Source: Schmidtea polychroa (taxonomy: Eukaryota). From it: a stretch of DNA of 64,000 nucleotides. The position numbers and the translations under genes were made by a program. The notes below the pieces were generated by a model. The model searched no databases and had not been told where the DNA came from. It saw nothing but the letters and a program-made list of their open reading frames with translations. Each line of letters begins with the position of its first letter. Position 1 is the stretch's first letter. This document shows, one piece after another, positions 13,814 to 25,418 of this stretch. The stretch lies in NCBI GenBank assembly GCA_044892525.1, contig CM097885.1:78244001-78308000 (forward strand). The letters run 5' to 3'.

Positions 13814-15103
13814 ACCTAAAAATGAAATGAAGTGGAAAATGAACACTATGGCATTAGTAGGTCTCGTTGGGGTAACCAAAACGTTACGTGGTTGAACTTA
13901 ACCAAAAACCAAGGGATCGATGTCTAAATGGGACATAGAACCTTGTTTTATCATTTAACTAGGACAGTAGTTTTACGTCGGCCAGGCGGGACCCTGAAAA
14001 AAATGGAACGAGCATATTCGTATTGATCATCCGAGATTTCTAAAAGGTGAAGAATACTTTCAATTATTGATTTAGATGAAGAATACCCATAATTTTCATA
14101 TTAAATTTTCAAGCGAGCAATGTATGATCATTTATTTATTTAACTAATTCATTAAATTAAAGTTTATATCTAATTATTTAATCTGATGAAATACTCGCGC
14201 GGGTTATTTGGGGTTTCTCAAACGAGCAATTTATGATCGATTACCTAACGAGAACGGTTATGTTATCCGTGCATTATTGATCAGAGTACATTACGGGCCA
14301 ATGGACCGAATCAACGTAATATAGCTAAGGTAATTCAGTGGTAGACGACTATTAGTTTTCTAGGACTGGCTATTGCATGTTCGGTAGAACGGGTCTAAGC
14401 CTGAATTAGTTCTAGTGTTAGGCAGAAATTTTATTAGTGTTCAATGCCAGATGGAACTGTGCAATACTACTCATCTCTCGGCACGTTTTGCTAAATTGTC
14501 AATGCACGATCTCTATTAAATCGCCTGGATTTAATGTAATAGTTCGTCAAATAGTCAAATTTATACAATTACCATTCCTCGTGGATTACGTTACGGGCAT
14601 ATTCACGGACCTCGACAATTGGAGTTCTATCTTATTTCGGATTTTGAAAAAAGGGATAAACAATTGTCATAAAATGAATGTACGGCTTCTGATTTGTGTT
14701 TTATGCAGAACTTTATAGGTAATTGGTTTTCCTTTTAGATGCACCTTTCATTAACAAAGATTTCTGAGGTTATGTCCAAAGACAAATAAAAGCGTGATCA
14801 TGCACAAAATTGATAGTAAAGGGGGGGGGGGGGAATAATTTATCTAAAATATAATTAATTAAATTGACTATTCTACCCGATAAAGAGTTATTGGGAGAAA
14901 ATTATCAAAGTTTGAATTGGCTAAGTCGCTCATTTAGATGTTCACAAAATGTACGAGAGAAAAACTTTGTAAAGATAAAAATATACTTATTTATTTAATT
15001 ATTTTCATTCCAGTTTATTTCGCTATAATTGGAATGGAGTCATCAAGAACATGTTTTAAAAAAATATATTTATGATATTTATGTATTTCAACTTATTAGG
15101 AGC

Positions 15104-15887
15104 TAGGGATGTTAAACGAGCAACGGTTAACCGGTTTCCGGTTCGCAAACCGGTTTCCGGTTCGCAAACCGGTTCCCGGTTTTCGTATTTACGAACCGGA
15201 AACCGTTTCCCCAAATTTGTAGCACACACTATTGCATTCCGAGTTTGATCCGGAAATCGGTTAACAAAATACAAGAAAAACCTGACGTTGACATTGACAT
15301 GATGAATTTATGCATTTGACCTTTTGTTGATTTCGCACTTTCAAATTCCGCGTATGACATTTTTAGAGTGACCTTTAATCACAAGTGGCGTCACTCGGCT
15401 TAACGAACAATGATCGTTTTCTTTCTATTTACGAACAATACATTAATGCCTTCAGGGAATTCACCCCATATTTCTAGTACTATCACTGCCACGTGGTTTT
15501 ACTAGATCTGTGTTTTAGGCGTTACGATATTGCGATATACTGAACAATTTTTATTGTACGATTTAGCCACCGCCGATCATGAATTGAAAACTTCTGATTT
15601 AGATATCTTCAATGTTATGTCAAATTAATTACATTTCGGGCATTTTAAATTGATATTATTAATAATTTTACCCTCGCGTTTGTGCCGACTGCCGATAGGC
15701 CTGATACAGACCAGCAATTAAGCGGTTTAGGGTTCTGGTAGAAATCCGCCAGAAACCGATTCTCGGATCAAAAGTCTAGTTTGCTATGCAGTATGCCCTA
15801 GAGTATAGTCAAAACGATGACCGGTTTCAAACCGGGTTTTCAGAAACGGTTACCGGTTTCGTATAAAATCCGGTTTTAACAACCCTA
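15104..15887. mobile_element. hAT-type MITE, ~784 bp
   Basis: Imperfect TIR TAGGGATGTTAAA / TTTAACAACCCTA, exact 8-bp TSD TTAGGAGC (15096-15103, 15888-15895), many subterminal AACCGGTT repeats. Confidence 0.9.
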
Positions 15888-16472
15888 TTAGGAGCTAACA
15901 AAAATAAGATTTAGGAATATTATATCTGTAAAAAAATAAAATTAAATCAAATGGGAAAACTGAAAGAACTAAAGGTTATATGAAAAATAATCAAATTCCA
16001 GTTGAATTTTCGAGAAAATTTGCGAAATTCATTATAAAGTCGCAATTAATAAAAATTAAATAAAATATTGAAAATTATGAAATAAATCTGATAATAAAAA
16101 TTGGTCATTAAAATTGATAAACATTAAATCAGAAAATAATTTGATTATTGGGAAAATATCGATTTTGGATGATAATATATAAAAAGAATAAAATAATAAA
16201 TTTATTAAAATAATGCTTTGTTGACACGATGCCAGAAGTCGATCCAGGCTTATGGAATGTAAGCATAAAGTAAAATAAAAATGAGTTGACAAAATAATCA
16301 ATATCCCGTTAAATTATTAACAAGCCTAATTAGAAAGAATTTATTCGGTCGGAAATTTTATCAGGAAAATGATGTTAAAATAAATAAAATCTTAAATAAA
16401 ATATTGTAAATTTGCGGAGAGGTCTAAAAACATGTATTTCGAGGACGAAAAATTTTTTTTAGGGGGGAGATA

Positions 16473-17526
16473 TGTTGAGGTCAGTAAATTAAAATAAATT
16501 TAAATGAAATTTAGGTTAATAATTTAAATATAAAGTAAGTGAAGAAAAAAGACAAATAAAAGCGTGATCATGCACAAAATTGATAGTAAAGGAAAGTATA
16601 ATGGAAGTGGTATTGGGAAATGGCAAAAGCAGTTGCGCGAAAGGCAAGAATCCCGAAATCCGTGGAAAATCGATAAATTGTAAAATCATCGAAATCGAAT
16701 TGGGAAAACGGGACATGTATAGATTAGCTAATGGTCAACAAGATAATAATTAGAGATTTATCAGAAAATGGTTAGGAAGGATCGAAAAGTATTCAAATGA
16801 GTAAAAACAGAAAACATTAATTAATTAATTAATTGGCTAATAGAAAACCCGAGCTAATGGGAAACCCGAGCCAATGGAGAACCCGAGAGATAAAGGAAAC
16901 CCGAGCTGGGTAAAAAAGAAGAAAAGTAAACAGAAGGAAGATTTGGGCCCATTAGCTTGGCATGATGATTAATTGGAAAAGAGCAAGGAGAAGATAGTGC
17001 GTGTAGAAAGGCCGGACCGGCCATTAATTATCTTTGTTCGTTGGACCATTACCGGTGACAGCCGAAGCAGATACGTGGAAGCAAATGTCAAGTGAAAGAT
17101 TGGCTCGGCAATAACCATTTGTCATCCCGATTTCAAAGAGTATATAAGGAAGGGGAAAATCAGAGCAAATCTGCATTTTGCCTCAGGTAGGGTAAGAAGA
17201 AATTAAGCTTAGGAAAAGGCAAAAACGAATTTAGGAGATTAGGGAAAAAGAAGAGAGAATAAGAATAAAAAGAATGAGAAAGGATCAAATCAAAGAAAAA
17301 AAGGGAAAACGTTGATCAAGAGAACCTAAGGGAATAAAAGGTGAATATTATCTTTATCAAAGCATCAACACCAAGCGGAGAATCGGTCAAATGTAACTTT
17401 GATTATTGAGTGTTGAGAAAAGATTGTGAATTTTGTTATTTCAATATACGTTGGGTCGTTATTGTTTTGATTTAAAAGACACGAGGAGTCAGAGGTAACC
17501 GACTTAAATTAACTAAAAACCCAACA
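16473..17526 (+). mobile_element. 3' LTR of a Gypsy-like element (family B) with upstream polypurine tract
   Basis: AGGGGGGAGATA directly before TGTTG; ends in CCCAACA. The terminal gagtcaga..ccgactt block is shared with the LTRs at 50822 and 61928. 45 bp of it recur exactly at ~14779-14823. Confidence 0.8.
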
Positions 17527-17637
17527 AAATTAGAAACTTTGAAAACTCCTTCTACTAAAAAAAATATAAAGTGTATAATTTATGAGAAAAGAGAATGAGC
17601 TCATTAGTTTAAAATGTTTTATTGTTTATGACACATA

Positions 17638-18060
17638 CTATTTGTGGTGGTCAATTGTTATAACCGTTTTCGACGGAGTAGTATTTAGATCGTCAGTTCC
17701 TATCCGTTGCGGATCTTCAAAGATGTTTGAGGGAATAGTGCTGCAGTTTAATTGGTTATTTATCCTTAAAGTGCGACCACGGCAATCGACATGTAGTTCG
17801 TTAGCGCTTAAAAAATCAGATCCTAATATGGGGATAATAACCTCTACTATATAAAATTTCCACTCAAATAATTGGTCGGACAAAAACGGCAACGAGAAAG
17901 CAATTGTCTTTGAACCTAACGTCTCAACAACCTTACCGTTTGCGGCCTTCAAAGAAATATCGACAGTGTTGAGGTCTGGAAGGTACTCATTAGGTAAGAT
18001 CGACAAGCTGGAACCAGTGTCGACAAGGAATTTTAGTCTGTTGGAAGGAGACGACAATAT
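17638..18060 (-). pseudogene. Ty3/Gypsy-type aspartic protease (retropepsin)
   Basis: KFLVDTGSSLSILP...LKAANG...PILGSDFL..L.VD: catalytic DTG and GxDFL motifs. Truncated downstream near the LTR ending at 17526. Confidence 0.9.
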
Positions 18061-18275
18061 ATTAAAAGCGTATGGTGTCACTCCGTAATCACCCAAGGTA
18101 CGACTGTCAGAAAGGATGTTGCTGTTGTACGACAAGAGAAAACGGCATTTGTGATTAGTTAATAATTTGTAATGCTATAATTTTGGGAAATACCTTCAAT
18201 TGTAGTATCTGTGTCAACTGGAACGGTGTGTGCCTTAATTGTTCCAGGATTTTCTATTAATATTTGGAACTTTTT
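18060..18275 (-). pseudogene. Ubiquitin-like domain (disrupted by a frameshift and a stop), in frame with the protease at its 3' end
   Basis: KKFQILIENPGTIKAHTVPVDTDTTIEGI / KCRFLLSYNSNILSDSRTLGDYGV aligns with ubiquitin MQIFVK...TLEVEPSDTIENV / [20 protein letters not shown]. No terminal Gly-Gly. Confidence 0.75.
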
Positions 18276-19127
18276 GGGCCCCGGTGCGGCGCTACCCTCA
18301 CGTGTGGGCTGATGCTTATTCAATTTTAATTTATTTAATAAGGGTAATTTATTTAAATAATTTATTGTAATTTTATATATAATATCAATAATAGTATAAA
18401 TCAATAATAATATAATAGTATAATTTAGAGATAATTGATCTAAGGTACCTGACGGTGCTGACACGGTCATTGCTTGATTAGTCTCATTGTGAAAATAGGA
18501 TGATGTTGACTGATGAGATTCATTCGTCCATACATTAGACTCGACGGTTGATCTGTTTCGTTGACTAGCTGATGACGGATTTCCTAATTCTTTACTGCAG
18601 GCTGCCGCAATCTCACCGTCAATCACCGACGGACTACTCTGGTCAACTGTGTGACTACCCCAGCCATCAATTCGATTAATAAGGTTCAGAAATTGTTCAG
18701 CTACTTCCTGTTTAACACCATCGTCATTTTTCACAGATGTTTGAAGGCCTTTTCCGGCAGCTTGAGCCCAAGTTTGGTGTTCGCTGTTTTTATCATTACT
18801 TCCTCTTGAATCTAGATTATTTAAGTCACTATCGTCTAAAGAACCGATATCATTAACAGCTGAGCTATTGAAAGCACTGAATAGAGGAAATTCGGATTTA
18901 ATATCCGATGATTCAGCTTGTAATTGAATACTTTTACTGATAAATTTGGAAGACGATTTATTTATCGGGTCAACAATTTGAAATTGACCATTTAGAATAG
19001 GGTTATTATCTATGATATTTGCAGAGGTTGAAATGGAATTACTTGATGATGTGGGCTGCTGAGTGGCGTATGTGATAACAATATGCAAATTGAAAGCTTC
19101 ATTCATCAACCATGTAAAACTCGACAA
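18159..19127 (-). CDS. 322-aa ORF: low-complexity Ser/Asn region with a GW182/TNRC6-like segment, ending in the start of the UBL domain
   Basis: Long open frame. TWAQAAGKGL...EQFLNLINRIDGWGSHTVDQ (~18630-18775) resembles, from memory, the invertebrate Gawky N-terminal WAQAAGK...DGWG..VNQ motif. An AT-rich stretch at ~18310-18445 may be an intron. Confidence 0.55.
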   Translation of the reverse strand: MSSFTWLMNEAFNLHIVITYATQQPTSSSNSISTSANIIDNNPILNGQFQIVDPINKSSSKFISKSIQLQAESSDIKSEFPLFSAFNSSAVNDIGSLDDSDLNNLDSRGSNDKNSEHQTWAQAAGKGLQTSVKNDDGVKQEVAEQFLNLINRIDGWGSHTVDQSSPSVIDGEIAAACSKELGNPSSASQRNRSTVESNVWTNESHQSTSSYFHNETNQAMTVSAPSGTLDQLSLNYTIILLLIYTIIDIIYKITINYLNKLPLLNKLKLNKHQPTREGSAAPGPKKFQILIENPGTIKAHTVPVDTDTTIEGISQNYSITNY

Positions 19128-20045
19128 AAGGTTCGTTTAATAATGTATAATAATTCGTTTCCATTCGATTTTCAAATTCTGTCTCTCAACTCATCTCATT
19201 TACTTCTGGTTCTCCAAAACTCTCAAGTGGATCATTATCTAATTCGTTATTTCGATTCTATTTTTCTGGAATTATTTCTGTGCCGCAGGACTTTAATTCC
19301 AATCGCTCTGATTGGTTGTTTTAATTTTACGTTTTAATTTAATGATTTATTTTTTAATTATTTCTTTTTTCTTTTGATCCTGCTTGGTCGATCCATTGCT
19401 TTTTCTACGCCATTTTTCGCCTTGACTCGCGGGTGTTTTTCTGTATTTTTGGATCTTTTTTCCATGATTTTTCGCTATTCTAATGGCAGAATTCTATGTT
19501 ACATGTGCAACTTCTTGCATTTTTCGATTTTATTATTTTTGTTTTATTTTTATTTTCTCTTGTGTTTCTATTTTTGTTTATTTGGTGTTTGGCATTTATT
19601 TTAAACAAACTTAAGGCTTTTTTTAAATGCTATTTTTTGCCTTCATCGACATTTCCCCTTAAGTTTCCTAATTTAAACAAGAAATAAAACAGAAGAACCC
19701 ATTCGGACCTATTTCAGAAAAACCTTCTAGTCCAACAATATAATATCTGAAAATAACTAGCCCCTTAAACCAGATATTTAAATATGGAAGTGACCGCTTT
19801 TAGACAGCGTTATATTAAAAGTAATCCTATTAATAATCCTATTAATCCTATTATTGGGATCTCGATTGTGATGGTGACGATTTACCATTCAATCAATTGG
19901 AATGAATAACCACTTTGCCTATGCCATAAATATTTCATGAATTTTCTCTATTTTTATTTTAGATCTGTAATTACTTTTCTGTTGTAAATTATTTAGAAAG
20001 CGTGCTCGTTATTTAATAATATGATTTATAGTTACTTGTTGTTTT

Positions 20046-21340
20046 ATGAGTTATAATGTAAATTTTGTCTTCATTCATTTTATTGTGAGCTTTTACTTAG
20101 ATCATTACAGGGTCTTGGCTGTGTTCTGTTCTGGTTTGGTACTGATTATGAGTAGAGTGTATGACAGGTTCCTATTCACGTCTTTCAACTGTAGGGGGTG
20201 CGACTTGTTATTGAATCATGCTGACGATGGTGATTGGTTGCAAAAGTACGTGAAAACCGAATTTGGGAAAGAGCTCATGTTGATTTTGGACTCAAAACAC
20301 GGTGGAACAGCTATGTTGGAGCGGTTCTTAAAATTGAAGTCAGCTATTCAAAAAGCTTTGATCGATATTAAATCAAGCTATCAGTTTTCGGTAAATGAAT
20401 TCAGCCTGCTGTCTGAAACTATTGGTACGCTTACTCCAATTAAATATGCCCTCGAAGCTATCTGCCGTCAAGATGCTAATCTATTGATTGCAGATGTAAC
20501 TTTGAAATTTCTAATTTGCACTCTGGGAAAACTAAACTGCGTTCTTGCGAACGACATGAAGAATGCATTAGAATTCCGAATTAAGGAAAGAAGAACCGAT
20601 TTATCAGGTTTGTTGCAGTATTTGCACAGTGGTTATGCTAATAGTTCATCTTCCTTCACTGACCTATTCCCTGCTTTGAAGAAAATCAAGATAAAGAGAC
20701 TCTTATTGAATATGGTGCAACGACTATTTATATCAGAATCATATAATGAAAATGACGAACTACGACAGCAGCATAGCGACGAAAATGTTAGTATGGAAGT
20801 TTCGATAGTAGAAGAAACCGAAAACGACGCCGATACGATGCAAAGAGCAATTGATCAGGTACACCTGACAAACTGAACACATTTTCTTCCACATCTTCAA
20901 TAATCGAAAAAACTTCAAAACGTGAGCTTGCTCAATTTGAATATGATGGAAATCACGGTAAATGGTTAGATTTTTGTTATAAAACCTTAAAATCCATTCC
21001 TCCTACCGGTGTGGAATCGGAGAGGGCGTTTTCCGTATCCTGAAACTTTTGTACAAAACTGAGATCACGATTAAGCGATGAAACGATTGATAATTTATGT
21101 TTTCTACGAGCTCATTTTAATAAAATTTAAAAACATATTTTTCCAGAATTTGTCTAATAAAAACGTTAATGTTGTTTTGTTAATGAATTATATAATTTTT
21201 TTATATTTTTAAATAAATATTATCTTTTTTATACATGAATTAAAATGAAAAAAAAGGTAAAATTGAAAAATTTTTACAAAAAATAGAAAAAAAACAGTTA
21301 CTTTTAAAACCCGATTAAAAACCGATTAAAATCAAAAAAT
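20046..21340 (+). mobile_element. hAT transposase, 3' half (Ac/ZBED-like) with dimerisation domain
   Basis: ORF 20046..20876 (MLERFLKLK...PIKYALEAICRQDANLL), then in a broken frame SIPPTGVESERAFS...LRSRLSDETIDNLCFLR. Subterminal aaccgatt repeats near 21310. Confidence 0.9.
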
Positions 21341-21479
21341 CGGTTTTTACTTTTACAATACTTCTTGCAATCACTAGTTTGCATAATATTAATTATTAAT
21401 ATTAATAATTAATACTTTGGTTAGTTGTATTAATTCCTATAAAACATCAAAGTAATTTATAAGCGTTTTTTATTAAAAC

Positions 21480-21900
21480 CCTAGTCTCAGCAAAAAAAAT
21501 CTGCAGTCTGGGGGTATTTCAAAAAAGATGTTGAAAATCGTGCTAGTTGTAGTTTGTACCCACAGAGGACACTAATTTCATGTAATCAATCCAATACAAC
21601 AATGGTGCGTAGACACTTAATCACTGTTCATAAAATTGAACTGTGCAACGATAAGACAGAAGTGGAAAAGAGAATGAAAACCATGGATTCTTTAATGACA
21701 AAATCTTAACTTGAGGAAATCGTTTCCAAACTTGCTGCTATTAATGTATTTCAATACAATTCATTACAAAATCTGAATTTATAAGACAGCCAATATATAC
21801 TCGAGGATAAAAACTTCCGAAATGTGAGTTCGATGTTATGAATCTTATTACAAATTTCGCCAAAAAAATTCAGAAAAAATAAAAGGAAATAAAAAAGAAT
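21480..21900 (+). mobile_element. hAT 5' fragment with BED zinc finger
   Basis: KKSAVWGYFKK....ASCSL....ISC..SNTT..RRHL..VH, then LEEIVSKLAA; degraded. Confidence 0.7.
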
Positions 21901-22851
21901 TCTCATAAAGAAGCAAACTCAGCAATGAGTTAGAGGAAACAATGGCCATGGTTATGGTAAAAATAAATTTCATCAGATTCACATTAAGTATCGCTTCAAG
22001 AAGGAACATTAAATTGTTGGGCTAGGAAGTAGGATTTAAACAAAAAATAAAAATTGAAAAAATCGAAAAGGAGGAGCACAATAAGTAACCATAAAAAGAC
22101 CTTGAAAAACAAAATAACGAAAAAATTAAAAATAAAATAGATGTAACAGCAAAATAAATAATGAAAATAAATAATAGAATTAGAATAAGATTAAGAGTTA
22201 GAAAAACATTAAATGTAGATAGAAATAGTAAATAACACCAAATTTATCAATTATCAATTAAAAATTTAGTGGATAACATTCGAATCGTTAATGACGATCG
22301 TGAAAGAATACACACTATCGAGATACATTTTTCTGAACAACTTTTAAACGTTTGGCCTGTTTCTAGTGACATTAATAGCCCAAATAGAATAGATACATTC
22401 GTTGCACGCAGACATTATCGATAAAATTTCCAAATAAATCTCATCATAGAAAAAATGCGCATTCAGAAATTGCGTCCAGATCCTTTCTTTCTAGTATTAA
22501 GCGATAGCAAACAAATCTACGTAGTTTAGGCGATAGGTGTTCATCGATGGAAATTTCCACTCTACCAGAACTAGTTAAACAGATTGCACGCTCATATTAG
22601 GCTCTGATAAGAACATACACCAACCGGCATTTGATTATCATCAAATGGCCATTCATTTGCATATTTAATAATATAAATATTAACTTACCTATAATAAATG
22701 TGTGTGTGTCATAGCCAGAAGGGACATTCAATTAGCTAGGTGACATTGAATTAGCTCTTACACTATAGAAAGATAGAAAAAATTGCTGTTGGAAGAAAAT
22801 TAATAAATACATACAAACACGGTTCACAAATTTTCTATAATATAAAATACA

Positions 22852-24193
22852 CACTATAGGACATTGATTTATCATAAGGACATTCAATAAGCTAAAAATT
22901 TTCATTTTTAAATCAAATTATTATCAAAATGTTCGAAGATATTTCAGAAGCTTCTTCAGAATCAACAATTCCATTTCAAGAAATTCATAGAAATGTGTAA
23001 GTTTTTCATTAAACTTTATTTATTTTTTAAAAATCGATATAGAATTACCATTAAAGATAAAGAAAGAATCATTAAATCCATGGAAGATGGCCATGATTAT
23101 TATGAATTAGGCCGTATTCTTGGAATTAAGCGGAATACAATAACCAGCATTATTTTGAAATATAAGAAGACTGGAATTTTATCCGCAGGAACAAGAGGAG
23201 GCAATCGACCAACAATTATCACAACAATTATTGGCCAGGAATTATTGAACTATGTCGAAAGAAATTATTATTCGACATTAAATCAAATGAGATTGTTTTT
23301 ATCTACAAATCACAATGTAGAAATTTCCACAAAATCAATATCCAGGTACCTGAAAAATCAATTATTAACCTTCAAAAGGATCAGGCCTTGTGTGGAAGAA
23401 AGAAATTCAGATAGAATATTGGATATTCGGCAGACATATGTTACACGTCTGCTTGAAGAAGGTTGGAGGAGCAGTAAATCTATTTATATAGATGAATGCT
23501 CTTTCAATACATGGACAAACAAGAGATTCGGAAGATCTCGAGTAGGCACTCGAATTTACAGCAATGTGCCAACAAATCGAGGTCCCAATATTTCATTAGT
23601 TTTGGCAATATCCAAAAATGGGCCAATCCATTCACAAATCATCATTGGCTCTTTTAGAAAGGAATCATACCAGTCATTTATAACAGAATTGACTGAGAAA
23701 CTGAATGGCTCTGGATTCATTTTGATACACGATAATGCATCCATCCACAATAATGTATTATCTTTGAACAATCACATAGAAAAGTTGCCTCCATATAGTC
23801 CATTTTTGAACCCCATCGAAAGTGTGTTCAGCAAGATTAAAAATGGGGTAAGGACTAAAGTTTCCTCGACTAATGGATTTTCCAGGATGAGTTTCAATGA
23901 CAGATTTATCGCAATATCCCAAGCAGTTATCGAGGAACTTAGCAAACCAGATTATAGTAATTTGAAAAATTACTATAATCATATTAAAAGGTTCTTCCCT
24001 AAATGCTTGAAGAAGCAGGATATTTTAGGTGAATTCTAAAAAATGTAATGTATATTATAATAAATAATTAAATATCTTACTTCTTTATTCATTATTTTTA
24101 AAAAAATCTTAAAATTAACTAAAATCCAGAACAAAGCTTATTTGACAAAGCTAAATGAATGTCTCATTTATGATAATTAAATGCGCTTTGGTG
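22852..24193 (+). mobile_element. IS630/Tc1-like DNA transposon
   Basis: Imperfect ~45-bp TIRs (cactataggacattgatttatcataaggacattca vs reverse complement caccaaagcgcatttaattatcataaaatgagacattca). TA at the right end; encloses the transposase. Confidence 0.75.
22929..24039 (+). CDS. IS630/Tc1-family DDE transposase, two exons (22929-22996, 23043-24039)
   Basis: HTH region, IYIDECSFN, LIHDNASIH, LPPYSPFLNPIE. The 46-nt GTAAGT...TAG intron (22997-23042) joins MFEDISE...RNV to ITIKDKER in frame. No stops. Confidence 0.9.
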
Positions 24194-25336
24194 TATACAG
24201 AGAGAATCGAACACACACTGTGAGTAGGTAAGAATTTTGCCGGTGATGATAGGAATTATCTGATCGTTATGTACTCAATTAGGGACGGAAAGCTGAATTC
24301 TCAATCAATTAGGTCATCAAATCTATTAAAACAAAATGTGTCTGAAAGTTTGATTGAGATATTCTATACGCAATTCTGACCGACGGAAATATTTGCAGAT
24401 CGTTTGAACATTATAGCTGATTAAATTAACCATTTGGCGTGCCTTAATTTCTCACTCACATTAGATATAGACAGACGTCTCATCCTAAATAAATGGTTTC
24501 ATCCTTAAGTTATTTAAAATTTAGGCGATTCGTGTACATTCATTATATTTCATAAAAGTTTAATTACATTGCTCAACCTTTGATATTGTACTAAATCGTT
24601 TCAGTTTTAGCGAAATCAAATTGAACTTAGTTTATTTAATTAGCATGATTATTCGCTTAAATTAAAATTGACTTAAATTCGAAATACATTACATAGCTAC
24701 ATTCTTAGGATATCTAGCATTTATTTAATGGCTAAACCTAGTTTGATCATCCATTTATAATCGTATGTACCATAAAAAATTAGCACCAAAGTGTTGGGCT
24801 CGAAGCCATAAAAGCTGGAGTGATGTTGTGAGAGTTGGGAACGGTGGGGAATCGTTAAAAATTCTGCTTTTTACAAATAACTTAAAAATTAGATACCACA
24901 TTAAATAAAATTAAGCGAAATAGCTAAGTGTGAAAGAAAATTAAATAATAAAAAGGGAAAAACAATAATTTAAAAATCAGCATAGAAAACCACGAATAAT
25001 GACCAACAAACCCCAAATCATGTAACCATAGCAAACACATAAATGAAAATAATTAAATGAGATAACAACAAAACAGCGGAGGATCAAAATAAATAAGAAA
25101 ATGAAAAAAACCAGCATAAAAAAATTAAATAAAAATAAAAGAAATTAAAATAACAAACCATACGCAGAATTATCAATAGAAACCCACCAAAATATAGGAA
25201 AATATAGAAATTAAATAAATGAATAGAATAATTAAATAAAAACAAATAAATGAATTAAGAAAAACAAATAAAAATCAAAAAATAAGGAAAATAGTGAAAA
25301 ATACACCCTAACTAAGTCCTGATTGGATGAAAGTAA

Positions 25337-25338
<2 letters not shown>

Positions 25339-25412
<74 letters not shown>
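25339..25412. repeat. (TA)n microsatellite; others at ~8688-8740 and ~41212-41268
   Basis: Direct inspection. Confidence 0.95.

Positions 25413-25418
<6 letters not shown>

Noticed and set aside
15104-15260. AACCGGTT repeat run as a CRISPR-like array
   Set aside because: Eukaryotic context, no unique spacers, and it lies inside a MITE with TIRs and TSD.
17638-18275. Host DDI1/DDI2 orthologue
   Set aside because: The protease has a Gypsy-type DTG/LKAANG signature, no helical domain between UBL and protease and no UBA; treated as retroelement-derived.
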